A stretch of DNA of 64,000 nucleotides, from positions 32,116,001 to 32,180,000 of the forward strand of contig OZ024745.1 of assembly GCA_964016885.1 (NCBI GenBank), in the 5' to 3' direction. The translations under genes were made by a program, and so were the position numbers. A model generated the notes under the pieces. That model did no database searches. It had not been told where the DNA came from and worked only from the letters and a program-made list of their open reading frames with translations. Shown here in pieces: positions 1 to 13,422 of this stretch. Each line of letters opens with the position of its first letter. Positions within the stretch are counted from its first letter, which is position 1. The DNA is from Eledone cirrhosa (Eukaryota).

Positions 1-644
1 GTCTTAATTTCTGAATGAATATAAGCACAGGCAATACTATGTGATGAAGAAATTCACTTTGTAACACATAATTCCTAGTTCAAACCGACTATGAGGTACT
101 TTGGCCAAGTATTTATGTTATAAGCTTCTAGTTAACAAATACTTGGTCGAGGAAACCTGCTGAAGCTTATCACCTCTGTCTGCCTCTGACTGGTCAACCA
201 AAGGCTTATGGTACAAACACTTGACCAAAGTATCTCATAGTGAGTTTGAACTTAGAATCATGTGTGTGGAGTGAATTTTATGTATGTATGTATGTTCTCT
301 CTTTCTCTTAATTTTATTTTTGACTGGCCACCTTCCCAGTGGCAAGATTGTGAAGAAAAGGAAATTGTTGTCATCACTTGTGCCATACAAGTTAAGAGAT
401 ACTTTGGTCCAGGTGGGTTGGTATATAACCTATAGCTCCAATAATAATGGGTTTGAAGCTGAACGTGTATCTTAAAGTCTTTAGTGTACGTGTGTATGTG
501 TGTGTGTGGGGAGGGGGGATGCTTGCATGTGTGTGTTTATGTTGCATAGACTGGTTAGGTTGTGTCAGAGTAAATTATGTTTCTGAACATATGAATGTCT
601 GTCTGTAAGAAAGATAGAATGAAAAATAGTGTGTTAAAGATAGA

Positions 645-930
<286 letters not shown>

Positions 931-1416
931 GCTTATGTATGTGTGTGTTTATTCATGCATGCTCAAACTTCACTTTACAAAAGGTACCAAAAGATAATTC
1001 CATATTCATCCTCAAACAGAATTTCCTCCATTAGAATAAACAGGAAGAGATGGAGAATGGCTATTTTCAGAACTTCCTAGCTTCCTAACTACTAATGGTC
1101 AGATGAACTATATAAATGATATGATAAACCATTTATGTCTGTTTGTAGTATGAGGCGGGCGTTAATTCAGTTAGGCTAATAGCTAATAGAGAAATCAATA
1201 CTTAGCGCTGTTTAGAAGATTCTGTAGATGTGGACTGAAATCACCTGGAGTTTTTCAATATGTTAAAGGTAGTTGTATGTATATGTGAGATTGTAAACTA
1301 CAAAAACATTGCACTGAATAATCTATTGTATGAATGATAACTGTAGAAGTGTCTTCTAGTTCATTTTCAAATTTTGTTTGTTTGTTTTGTTTTTTTTCTT
1401 GAGGGGCGATGTGAAA

Positions 1417-1478
<62 letters not shown>

Positions 1479-1819
1479 AAATGATTTCTTTATAAGCCAT
1501 GCAAAACTTACATGAAGAAAAATAATTAAGGGTGGTACAGACTGAACAGTGTGGGTTTTAGCATGTAAAAAGTTCATATAATGAGATTTAGAAAACAAAA
1601 TAAATTCCGAGGGTCACACATGGAGAAAGCCCACAAAAAGCCCTGGTCATCCTGACCACCAGGGTAAGTGCCCTCTTCCTCCACCTCTAATCTACAGGTA
1701 CACACTCAGAGCAGGCCCATTCACTTGGATCATGCTCACCTCTCTCACCCATCTTTAAAAAAACTGCTTGGAAGTTGGCACTTCCCCCTCCCCCTGATTT
1801 TCCTCTTAGGGATCAATAT

Positions 1820-2050
1820 ATAATAATAATAATAATAATTTCTTTGTCAGCCACAAGGGCCGACACACAGAGGACACACAGGGGACATACAGGGACAGTG
1901 CGGTTTTACATATAAAACGTAAAAAATAGAAATAACAATAACAAAATAACAATAAAAATACGACAATGAAAATTCCCCAATAGGGGGAATAATCACCAAG
2001 GATTGACTCAGGTACCCACCAATCCTGAAGCACCCGACGCTTTGAGGGCA
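1820..2050 (-). mobile_element. 3' end fragment of a non-LTR retroelement with (TTA)n tail
   Basis: Minus strand ends ...cccttgtggctgacaaagaa(att)n, preceded by a T-rich UTR-like stretch; family not identifiable by eye. Confidence 0.45.
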
Positions 2051-2147
2051 CCCAGGTAGGGCACTCCTCTCATCCTCAAATCAACCAATCTACAGGTGCA
2101 TGCTCACATGATTTCAAGTAATGCCATCACTTGATACTTAAGCATGA

Positions 2148-2568
2148 GCATCACGGACGTGGCTTTTTAGTCCTGCTAGGGACTTGCCTATGGCCAGCCA
2201 TACCATGCATCACAGACATGACTTTTTAGTCCTGCTAGGGACTTGCCTATGGCCAGCCATACCATGCATCACAGACATGGCTTTTTAGTCCTGCTAGGGA
2301 CTTGCCTATGGCCAGCCATACCATGCATCACAGACATGGCTTTTTAGTCCTGCTAGGGACTTGCCTATGGCCAGCCATACCATGCATCACAGACATGGCT
2401 TTTTAGTCCTGCTAGGGACTTGCCTATGGCCAGCCATACCATGCATCACAGACATGGCTTTTTAGTCCTGCTAGGGACTTGCCTATGGCCAGCCATACCA
2501 TGCATCACAGACATGGCTTTTTAGTCCTGCTAGAGACTTGCCTATGGCCAGCCATACCATGCATCACA
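2148..2568. repeat. 59-bp minisatellite, about 7 near-identical copies
   Basis: Unit catcacagacatggctttttagtcctgctagggacttgcctatggccagccataccatg; register shifts 1 nt per 60-nt line. Confidence 0.95.
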
Positions 2569-2643
2569 AAAAATAAGGTAGTGGCTTGATGTTCATTAGG
2601 GCAAATTTTCCGGTTAAATAACATCAATGATTGAGATATCAAA

Positions 2644-2682
<39 letters not shown>

Positions 2683-2857
2683 AGTAACTAGTTATCAATA
2701 TAACATCATTAAATTTATTCATGTGTGAGGTATGTTTCATTATTGATCAGCTCAAGGTATGATCTGTATCAATTGGGCTCGACTCTGGAATTCATAGCTC
2801 ATCAAATTTGTGGATTCCTTGATTATCCCTGATTGATTAATCGTGTACAGTCATCAT

Positions 2858-3200
2858 TCATCATCATCATTTCATATTTACGTCCGCTTTTTCCCTGCTT
2901 GCAAGGGTGGGACGGGAACTGATTCTGGCTTGATTTCTACAGCTGGATGCCCTTCCTAACACCAACCTCATTTTACAGTGAGTGCTGGGTGCTTTTTTTC
3001 TGTGGCACCTCCACGACCACTTTGCAATGGAATGATAGGGACCCCAGTCCCTATCATCTCATTTCTACAGCTGAGTAAACTGGAGCAATGTGAAATAAAG
3101 TGTCTTGCTCAAGGAAACAACATATCACCCGGTCTGAGAATTGAACTCACAACCTTTCGATTGCAAAGCCAATGCTCTAACCACTAAGCCATGTGCCTCC
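2858..3200 (-). mobile_element. tRNA-derived SINE (family 1) with RTE-type 3' tail
   Basis: Minus strand begins ggaggcacatggcttagtggttagagc (A box) ... gagttcaattc (B box) and ends in (GAT)n; near-identical to 31969-32297. Confidence 0.85.
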
Positions 3201-3431
3201 TCAGTATATATATATATCTAAACCCATGGTAGCGTGGAAGATAGACGTTAAACGATGATGATGACATATATATATGATGATGATGATGATAAAATATATT
3301 TGTAATGCTTCAGGAATAATGAATTCATTTATTTTTATTAATGCATTCATACATTGTTATTTATTTACTTTCTATTACTCCCAATGGTAAATGTATACTT
3401 CCAAATTTAACTGTTACATGACAACGGCCTA

Positions 3432-3470
<39 letters not shown>

Positions 3471-6400
3471 CTTACCTATCCTTTTCTTGGGTATTATATT
3501 TCTAGGACTACATTTTCCAATTTGTCTCTTTGTTTTCAATATAGTTGGGTGTAATTTGATAGAGATTTGGCTGCTATTTCTAGCAGTTTACTTAACCAAC
3601 CCTATAGAGGCTCCCTCACTAACCTACATTGGGTAGAAACAGTAAACTGGTCAGGTGCTGAGATCCTAAGATCTTTTAATTCCAGGGTTTATCACAGTAT
3701 AAAGGTAACATATGGGTGTAAGGTGTAACATAGAGAAAACCATTGAGCTTCATGAAGCAATATAAAAGATACATGACAGCTGGGAGATCAAAGTTAGAAG
3801 AGTGAAGTGGAAGCTTAAAAATGAAGATGTGGGTTTAGCTAGATGATAGAAAGCATGAATTGTGATATCAAAGAGAGTGAGTAAGTTGGAAATATAAGAA
3901 AGTGCATTAAGTTGTGTAGAAGATCAGAATAGAATGAGAAGTGTTCCAAAGCTAACAATGTGACAGAAGCACTAAATATGACAGAAGAGAATATAAGTCA
4001 AAAATGACAATCCTAAGCCAGAAACATTTCTACCAAATAAAGATGGCAGAACAACAGCTAACTTATGGATGTTAGTTTCTGTGTTTTATATTGTTTTGCT
4101 TGTTTATGTTCATATGAAATTATTTCATTTTAGATTTTAATAACATAGTGTTAGTTGATTTGATAGGAATACTATATTGGCTTTTAATCTTTCAAAAATG
4201 GTACTGCTGTGCTTTGTTCTCAAATGCCAGATTGTAGTAGGAACCATCTTGGTATTAAAATCATTCAGTAGTGAACAATAGTGAAAATATTTCAAATCTA
4301 AATGTTTTCCATTGAATAGGCTTATTGTGTCCAAACAGGACCCCACCACCACCAACAACAACAACAACAACACCACTAACACCACTAAAAAAAGTGGATA
4401 TAAATCGTTAGTCAATCTCACCACAAAAATAATTTTTCACCTTTATGTTTCTCTTTTTTATGTTTTTTTTTAAATCTGGTTTTTCATTATTCTAGTATCG
4501 ACTCAATAGCCCAGCAAATTTGGATATTTGTATGAATTAGTAACGGGAAAGCTGCTCAAGTATTATACAATTATGTGAGTGGGAGTAGGAGGTTGTAGTG
4601 TGGTGGTAATTCCCAGTGAGTTGAGTCTTTGACAGGAGTTTGACTCATGAGTTTAAATCATTTCACATCCTTTTACATTGAATTTCTGGTTCTAGCCAAT
4701 ATTTTTAGAAAATAATACAATAATTGTCTCTACTTTAGGCACAAGGCCAGCAATTACCCAGTGCATTACTGGTACTTTATTTTATCGACCCCCGTAAGGA
4801 TGAAAGGCAAAGTCTAGGCCATATTCTCTGCTAAAGTAGGGGTTAGCTTTTTGAGCCCCCATGACAAGCTTCTTCATTTTGCCCAATCATCTGCATCTCC
4901 CCTAACCAAACCTCTGGCTTTCATTTCCTTCCTCCTCCATCATCTTTAGCCATGCCTTACTTGTTCATCCCTTTCCTCTACTTCCTTCCATATTCATTCA
5001 GCTGGAATGCCTTTGGTGAGAGATCTGCTTAATCAGGGTTGACCAGGAGTTAAACAACAACTTGAATAAAATCCCTCTGATATAAATCATATATGTGGGA
5101 AACTGTCTCTCTAATGAGACTGGATACATATTGATTAGGTCGTTCAGAACAAGTTGAAATGCAAGGAAAGCTCTTGTCCTCCATGAGTATCCTCCATGAG
5201 TAGACATATAAAAGTTGTCATTATTGTTGTTTGAATTTGGCAGTATTGATAGAGCATAGGACACCATGGTTTGTAGCATTGAGATACAGCCCTTTACATT
5301 CTGAGTTCAAATCCCACCAAGGTTAGCTTTGCCTTTCATCCTTACGAGGTCGATAAAATAAGGTACCAGTAATGCACTAGGGTCGATTTAATCGACTTTC
5401 CTCTCCTCCCAAAATTGTTGGCCTTGTGCCTAAATCAGAAACCATTATTGCTGTTTAGTTCCAGGTCAGCTCCAACTATGACAACACTATCATTCTCTAG
5501 TGGCTAAAATTTTAGTAGGTCAGGAGACCACATAGAGGCTGTCTTGGAAAACCCATAGAAGTCGTTTTTGTTGTTTAACCCCAAGTTAGTTATAACTGAG
5601 TTTTAATAAAAGCATTTCAGCAATGACCACAAAGTTTCTCTCTAATGTCATTGCATATCTATGACTACATAGTCAAATGTGTTCTACCTTTCTACAGGTG
5701 GTAGCATATAATTTAAAGCAGATCTGGCTGCAAATTTTAGCAGACTAAGCAACCACAATGAAGCTCTTTTATTGACTAGAGACATAGAAATAAAAGTAGA
5801 GAGTATTTTTACATCTGTGTTTTAACAGTGCAGTTGTTCCTAAAACTTCATCATTCTAATTATACTTTTTCCTTCTATCCAAAATACTTCTCTTAAACTT
5901 CAGATCTTACTGACAGCACCAATAAATTATTTTTATTGTTTTTACTTTTGCTGAAATCAACAAATGTGAGCTTTGAAACACATTTCATGATGCATCAGAT
6001 ACAAATACAAGAAAAAACCCCATTCCAAATCAAAATAAAATAGGGCCAAAAAAATTTAATGAAACAGGCCAAAAATATAAAGCAAAAAAAAAAACAAAAC
6101 AAAAAAAGCACCTTCACTAGGATGAACAAAGAAAGTGGAAAGCAATATAGATACATGGTGAAAGTCATCAACACTACCATCATTATCATCATCATCATCA
6201 TTTTCAAATCTGCTTTCCATAATGATATGGGTTGGATAGGTTCTCAAAGAGTGAGACCAGATATATTAAAACAACTTCATCTTGCTCATACATTTCATAT
6301 TTGGCATGATTTCTACAGATGGAAACCCTTCCTAATGCCAACCATCTTACAGAGTGTACTGGGTGCATTTTTTCATGATTTTATTTTATAGACTGGGTGT

Positions 6401-6809
6401 GTTTATTATGACACCAGCACTAGAGAGGTTATCATATGATTGTCCAGGCCAAAGAGTCCTCTCAGACCCTATTTTATCTCTGTTCAGTTCACCAAGCATT
6501 GTAGTGTCTGATCTTGCTATATTTAATTTTAGTGTCACAGAACTTGTCCTAGTGGATATTTTTTTTTGTATTATGGCATATTGCGAGTCAGCTCAGTTTT
6601 GTGTCACCTCCTTCATGAGGTCATTCTTTACAACTTAGTCACATGTTTTCTTTTTTCTCCCTCTTCCAGAAGTTCTATCCACTTTAAGCCCTTGGCATAT
6701 TTTCTAATACATCCCTTGCTCTCTCTATGCATCACATGCCCAAAGCAGCACAATTGTCTTCCTTGCTCACTACATTAATTTCTTCTGATACTCAACTTTT
6801 CTCTCAGTT

Positions 6810-7340
6810 CACTTTGGTATGGACATGTGATGCACATGAAGGATGACAGCTGTATAAAAAGGATGCAGGGCACTGAAAGTTGATGGAAGCCATGGAGTGG
6901 GAGGATCCAGGATGACTTGGGATGAAGTGCTAAAAGCTGACCTTGTTTAACTGCACCTCTCAAAAGCGATAACACATGACCTAAATCTCTGGCGTTATGC
7001 TGTAATAAAGACCTACCTTCCCAAGAGCACAGGCTGAAGCATATATCTGATGTGTTCCACCCCACCACTCTTCCATTACCTCCCATGTCCTAACATTCTG
7101 CCCCTCATACACACCCAAATACCCATCTCCCCAATCCAAACACACCTCTCCCACCAAATCCCCAGCCCACACTGTAAATGTCGTTGGAATTAAGAAGGGC
7201 ATCCAGCTGTAGAAACCAAGCCAAAATCTCTCCTGTATAAGCAAGACATGGTCACCTGACTTGGCATTTATCACAACAGATCAACTCATCTAACCAATGC
7301 TAGCTTGGAAAAATGGACGTTAAATAGTGATGATGATATA
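6810..7340 (+). mobile_element. Degraded RTE LINE 3' fragment
   Basis: tggtatggacatgtgatg...gatgacagctgtataaaa (WYGHVM..KDDSCIK motif), gaagggcatccagctgtagaaa UTR motif and ggacgttaaa-(gat)n tail. Confidence 0.7.
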
Positions 7341-7381
7341 TATATGTGTGTGTGTATATATGTATATAAATATATATATAT

Positions 7382-7653
7382 ATCATCATCATCATTTAAC
7401 GTCCGCTTTTCCCTGCTTGCAAGGGTGGGACGGATCTTATTCAGCACAGCATCTCTCCACTCGTCACGGTCCTTCGTCATCTCCACCGTGAGCTTCAATG
7501 ATCTGAGGTCTGTTCTCACCACCTCCGCCCATGTTTTTCGTGGTGTACCTCTACCACGTCTTCCTTCAACTGGCATTTCCTGACACTTCTTCACCCATCG
7601 GTCATCCTCCATACGCATCACATGTCCATACCACCTCAGTCTCCTCTCCCGTA

Positions 7654-7655
<2 letters not shown>
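7382..7655 (-). mobile_element. RTE LINE family C, 3' fragment
   Basis: ORF 7286-7621(-) MRMEDDRWVKKC..GRRGRGTPRKTW..DRDEWR, the RTE C-terminus; (GAT)n tail; (TA)n on both sides. Confidence 0.85.
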
Positions 7656-7689
<34 letters not shown>

Positions 7690-8208
7690 GAGAGAAATCA
7701 CAGATTACTAATATCCAAAATTAGAAGTAGTCAGATTATATAAGTTCTGTTTTTAAATTGCTAACTCCCAGAAGAAAACAAAATAAGCCATTAGTCTTAA
7801 CCTTCCTCAGTAGAATGTACTAGAAATCAAGCCCTCCTGCCTTATGATAGATTAATATATTTGCGGGTGTTTCGTTTCATAAGCTTCAACCAGAAAATAT
7901 AGTAGAACTAAAATATACTTTCGTAAGATTTTTATGTACTCACTCATTCATGTGTATATGTGTATGTTTACGACCATATATTCAGCCATATGGCAATCTT
8001 CCCACTTACAAACCATCCAAAGAAAATACAAGATACTTAAAAAGACAATGAGCCATAGAGAAGCAAGTATTAAACAAATTTTTTTTAAAAATTTATTTGC
8101 ATTTTCTTTATTTTGTTTGAGGAGGGGGGGGGGGATAGATTTCTTATTTTCTTCTTAACCCTATTCAAAATTACTGATGAGCATGAAACTTAAAGGATGT
8201 TTTCACTG

Positions 8209-8241
<33 letters not shown>

Positions 8242-8938
8242 CACAAATGGACATTAAACGAAGATGATGATGATGATGATGATGCTGATGATCAGTTGAG
8301 TTGTAGGATTACATATGAGTAAATCAATACACTGCTAGACTCTTGGCTACTCTTGGTCAATTTCAATGCAAAATACAGAACTGACTATGTTATTATGAAG
8401 TTCATATTACAACTATGTTGTTTCAGGTTCTATTCCATTGCATGATATACCAAGCAGGTGTCTTCTGCCATAAATCCAGTAATCCAGATCAACCAACGCC
8501 CTATGAGAGAAATTTGTTAGATGAAAACCTATTCCTGTTTTAGATTACTATATTTAATCCAATACATGGCATATTAATCCTGGACTCCCAAATTTAAATA
8601 TGTTCAACGTTATTGCCATCATTATTGATGGCATGAAGCCACTAAATAAAATGAAATATGTTTTAAATAAATAAATGAATAAACTTACATGATTGATGAT
8701 TCATATTCCATCACCAGTACTGTGTAGTGTCCATGTTGTCACAGCTGTAAGAAGAGGAAACACTGAATCATTATCTTCATCATCAAAAGTTTCATTGAAT
8801 GGCAAAGAAAAATAGCAACATATACTCTATAAAATCAACAGCCTAGATATCTTTCCAATATTTCTTCTAATTTAGTTGTTTATATGTTTATATATATATA
8901 TGTGTGAGAAAAACCACAGACCCTCCATCTCAACTCTA

Positions 8939-8974
8939 CTTTTGAAAAGCAGAAGAACTGCGAAACCGGTAAAG
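8939..8974 (+). ncRNA. Minimal type I hammerhead ribozyme (U3-A8 core variant)
   Basis: CTT-TTGAAAA-GCAG(aagaa)CTGC-GAAA-CCG-GTA/AAG: short stem I, 4-bp stem II, palindromic stem III ACCGGT, GUA triplet, AATAAA just downstream. Confidence 0.7.
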
Positions 8975-9043
8975 GAACCAAATAAATATATATATTTAAA
9001 AAAAAAAATAAGACTCCAGTTGCATTTTCGATTTCATCTTTTT

Positions 9044-9087
<44 letters not shown>

Positions 9088-9091
<4 letters not shown>

Positions 9092-9223
9092 TGTTTAATA
9101 TAGAAAAGGCTTCTACAGGATTAGAACTGTTTCATTCAAAAGAAATCATCAGGAAAGCCTGATGATTTCTTTTGAATTAAACAATTTTAGTCCTGTAAAA
9201 ACCCTTTCTATATTAAACATGAT
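9088..9223. repeat. ~66-bp imperfect inverted repeat made of two head-to-head hammerhead-like units
   Basis: atcatgtttaatatagaaa...atcatcagg AAAG cctgatgat...tttctatattaaacatgat. Confidence 0.9.
9108..9159 (-). ncRNA. Type I hammerhead ribozyme fold
   Basis: Minus strand: GGCTTTC-CTGATGA-tTTC(tttt)GAAt-GAAA-CAG(ttctaatc)CT-GTA/GAAGCC; canonical core, 4-bp stem III, U.U closing pair in stem II. Confidence 0.6.
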
Positions 9224-9342
9224 GTTTACACTCTACTAATGTATTGAGTACCTTACTAACTGTGGTTACCCCCAATTGAACCCGGGACTCATATATATAT
9301 ACACACACACACACACATACACATATATATGTGAGTTTATAT

Positions 9343-9664
9343 ATTTGAAAATGTGGGAATTCTAGACACAGAAACAAAACTGTAACAACAGTCAATTGTT
9401 AAAAATAATAGCTTAGAAAATTGGGTAAAATACTCCATGGAGGTGGAAAAAAGTGGCCAATAACTGGTACAAAGAACCAAACTCCATATCTCTTGAATAT
9501 TTGCACATTATTTGAGAGATACGCAGGTTGACTGTCCATATCAGCTACGAGCCCCTTTTTTCTGTCTCCATGGGGTATTTTACCTAATTTTCTAAGCTAT
9601 TATTTATAGTGATTGACTGTTGTTACAGTTATTTTCTGTGACTGGAATCCCCACATGTTCGAAT
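9343..9664. mobile_element. Foldback/MITE-like ~320-bp imperfect inverted repeat
   Basis: Left arm ...ctgtaacaacagtcaat..aataatagcttagaaaattgggtaaaatactccatggag pairs with ctccatggggtattttacctaattttctaagctattatt..attgactgttgttacag; centre near 9503. Confidence 0.7.
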
Positions 9665-9956
9665 TTCAAATCGTGAAAGAGTGAGAGAAAGATGGAAAAT
9701 AACTGACCCCAATATTTCAATGGTATTTTATTTATCAACCCTGTGAGGATGAAAAATGTACTCGACTTTTGTAGGATTTGAACTCAGAATGCAAAGAGTT
9801 AGAACAATTAGCACAGCATTTGTTTGATGCTGTCAGTCTTTTTTTTTTAAATATATATCACAGAAAAGTATTTAATTTCTACAATATTTTTCTTCTGTAG
9901 ACTATATGCTTCCTGTCTCCATTTTACACCATTGCCAACAACTTAGCTATAAAATG

Positions 9957-10018
<62 letters not shown>

Positions 10019-10647
10019 CCAATAAAATCAATGCAATTACTCCAGTTGTGAGAAATAGCAGCCAAATCTCCATCAACACACACCCTGCTATCTTAAAAAA
10101 TGTTAAATTCACATCAGATAATAAAGTTCTCATTACAGCAAGTCTGACAAAGTAAAAAAAAAAGACTCAAAAGATGGGATGGTCATGAATGGAATGTTTT
10201 AATCATATAGGTCTAATAACAAGAACAGCAACTAGAGAAATAAGAGCATCCTCTTCTATATATCTGGTCTGTTAATCTGATAATAGAAAACATATGTACG
10301 AAGCAAAGGTGTAGTAAGAGGAGAAAAAGGAGGAAGGCGAGAAAGGGGAGAGATGGTGTGGGGAGCAACAGATGTCTTGAAATCTTCTTGAAGAAAGAGT
10401 CTATTTCAGCAAAACTGTAGCAGAGGTTCATTCATTGAATTTGATACTGTGAAGCTATCAGTACAAATATATAACATCTCTATTCCATTTTACAAAGACA
10501 GACATAATATATAACCCAAGTATTTTGTTTACTTTTTACTTTCTTATATTTAATACATCATCATCATCATCATCACCGTTTAACGTCTATTTTTTCATGC
10601 TAGCATGGGTAAGTCATTTATTTATGTTAACACACACATGCTGCGCT

Positions 10648-10692
<45 letters not shown>

Positions 10693-11882
10693 GCATGTTT
10701 ATGTGGAAATTTAGCTACTATTACTAGCACATACAAGTAACCATGTAAAGGCTCACTTGTTGCCCTACTTATTTTAATGATTCCTTCATCAGTATTGTTA
10801 TGAGGGGTGGATGTATTAGTAGAGCCTCTGACAAAATGTCTTGGGGTTTGCTGAGTACCAATTAAGGCAACTACAGCATCCGTTCCCCTATCCAATTTGT
10901 GGCCTTGTGTCAATATCAAAAGCCTAAATTATTATTATTATCATTCATAATGCTTTTGCTCTGGCAGATGCTATACCAACACAATACCAAAGAAGGGACT
11001 ATAGGTAATTGCCAAAGGTCCTTTGGGTCATTCCTGTTCCTTCAACTTCCTAACCCCCTTCTTAGAATCCTTGCTGTTTCTAACAAAGCTGTTTTCTGCA
11101 ACAATCCCATCATGAATTATGTGTTTTGTAATTGAGAAAAACAATTCATTTTACGTTGCTCCAGTATACTCAACAGAAAATGAGTACCGGCTGTAGCTGG
11201 GGGTTTAACACTTTGATAGACTTACATTATGTCCAGGGTGGAAGTAAATTAAGAATGGTATTCAGCCATAGAAACCATGCTAAAATAGAATTTATGAGCA
11301 GGACACAGTAGTCTGACCTGCCTGTCTAGCCTCAGAATGTGACAACCCATGCAAGCATGAAAATAAATGCAAAACGATGATGATGATGATGATGCTGTAC
11401 TCGATATAAATGGTAAAGAGCTGGTTAGATTTATGGAGTTATTTGGCACCTCATTGACAAGAGATCAAATTTTTTGGCTTTTCATTCCATCCAGAGTTAG
11501 GAAAATATATACATATTAAGATAGTCAAATGAATTATATTATATATTTGGCTTTATGCCTGTGCGGGGTCGGGATAGAACAAAAAGAACAAATCATATAT
11601 ATACGCCCACACCACCCCCTCAATTTCTCTGCCAACTAGATAAAAGGAATGTTATATCAGTTTTTATTAATCAACGATCTTTATCACAGACAGATATATA
11701 AGTGAGCGTACATGCTGGTGGAATTAGAAACATTACACAAAAACAAAAGACAAATTTTCACTAACAGACAGTTATGTTTTTTGATTTTATTTTTGTATGA
11801 AGGTATTATGGCTGTGTATGCAAATGAAAATGTGTGTGTGTGTGTGTGAGTATGAGTGTGAGTGTGTGTGTAAATATATATT

Positions 11883-11930
<48 letters not shown>

Positions 11931-12164
11931 TGTAGATATAGATATATGTAAAAAGGAAACAGAAATAACAAAGCAAACAACACAGTACAATGAAGAAATA
12001 TATTAGTTTAACACTTGGAAAGAATTTTAACGTTTTGGACACTAGTTCTTCATCAGAAGATAGAATAAAAAATAAAAGATGAAATAGAAAGATAAAGAGT
12101 GAGAAGAGGAAAAAAGAAAATTGAGAAAAAAACACACGTGCATATTCAGTCAGCCATATATATA

Positions 12165-13383
12165 TCATCATCATCGTTTAACGTCCATCTTCCACGCTAG
12201 AATGGGTTTGGACCGGAATTTTCCCACTTGAGGCAAGATTGGTTGTCTTGCTCGTATAGGACTGTCTGGCAGGTTTTCTACGGCTGGATGCCTTTCCTAA
12301 CACCAACCACGTTTACAGTGTGGACTGGGAGGTTTTTACCGTGTTACCTACACGGCCACATTACAGCGTGGACTGTGTGTTTTTTTGTCGTGACACCTAC
12401 ACGACCTCATTTATTTAGGACTGGATGTTGTGGTACCAACATAACTTTACATCGAAGGGGGGGGGGGGTAGTGGGGGGGGGGGGCGTATTTTGGTAAGAG
12501 GTGCCTACTGACTGTAGGTTTCGCTTTGCACTTACACAAGGCGGGTCTTCTGTATTACTGCGTAGCGCCAAAGATCTCGGTCCAGTGACATTGTCTTGGA
12601 GAGGTGTGTGTGAGGTCGGAATTTATCAAGCTGTCCCAGGTTTTTCTGGGTTTGCCTACTCCGTGGCTACCGTCTATTTTGATCGCCCTGCACTTTTTTA
12701 TACAGCTGTCGTCTTTCATGCGCATCACGTGACCGTACCAACGTAGTCTTCTCTCGAGTAAACAACATCTGATCCCTCTTATTCCTAATTTCTCACTTAG
12801 TTCATTTATGCTTTGCCGTTCACGTATATTACTATTACACATCCAACGGAGCATGCAAGCTTCGTTCCTCTCCAGTCTGCATAGATCCTCTGCACACAAT
12901 GCCCAAGTCTCACTGCCATGTAACATAGCTGTTCGTATGCAGGCATCATACAGCCTGCCTTTCATTTTTAGAGAGAAACCTTTAGCAGCCAATAGTGGTA
13001 TAAGCTCTCTGAACTTTTTCCATCCCGTTCGGACACTAGCTACAGTACTTTCAGAGCACCCTCCACCACTGCTGATTTTGTCACCCAGGTAATGGAAGGT
13101 GTCCACTATTTCTATAGAACCATCTGTGCAATGGAATGGGCTAGTATTCTGTGGGCACTTGCTGCTACTTATTGCACCTGAGCACCGGCCACATATAAAA
13201 TCTATATTCTTAGTTAGCTTACCTGTGATCCCACTACATCTTTTATGCACCCATACTTTGCATTTGGGACATAAAATGGAGGTTCTGCCTACTCCTTTCC
13301 TACACACTGAGCATGGCTATTTTCCAGATGGGACCAGTGCCCTATTTTCCTTCCTACATACTAGAACTTTAGTCTTAGACAGG

Positions 13384-13391
<8 letters not shown>
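12165..13391 (-). mobile_element. RTE LINE family A, 5'-truncated copy
   Basis: ORF 12555-13307(-) with PHD-like Cys/His motif, YLG and WYGHVMRM; (GAT)n tail; (TA)n at both junctions. Confidence 0.92.

Positions 13392-13422
<31 letters not shown>

Noticed and set aside
2148-2568. CRISPR-like appearance of the tandem repeats
   Set aside because: No unique spacers, no cas genes, eukaryotic context
8171-8205. CTGATGAG-CAT-GAAAC hammerhead-like motif
   Set aside because: Stems I and II cannot be formed convincingly
12020-12060. Minus-strand CTGATGAAGAACTAGTGTCCAAAACGTTA
   Set aside because: Probably a decayed hammerhead (GAAA lost, stem II broken); not supportable as a ribozyme
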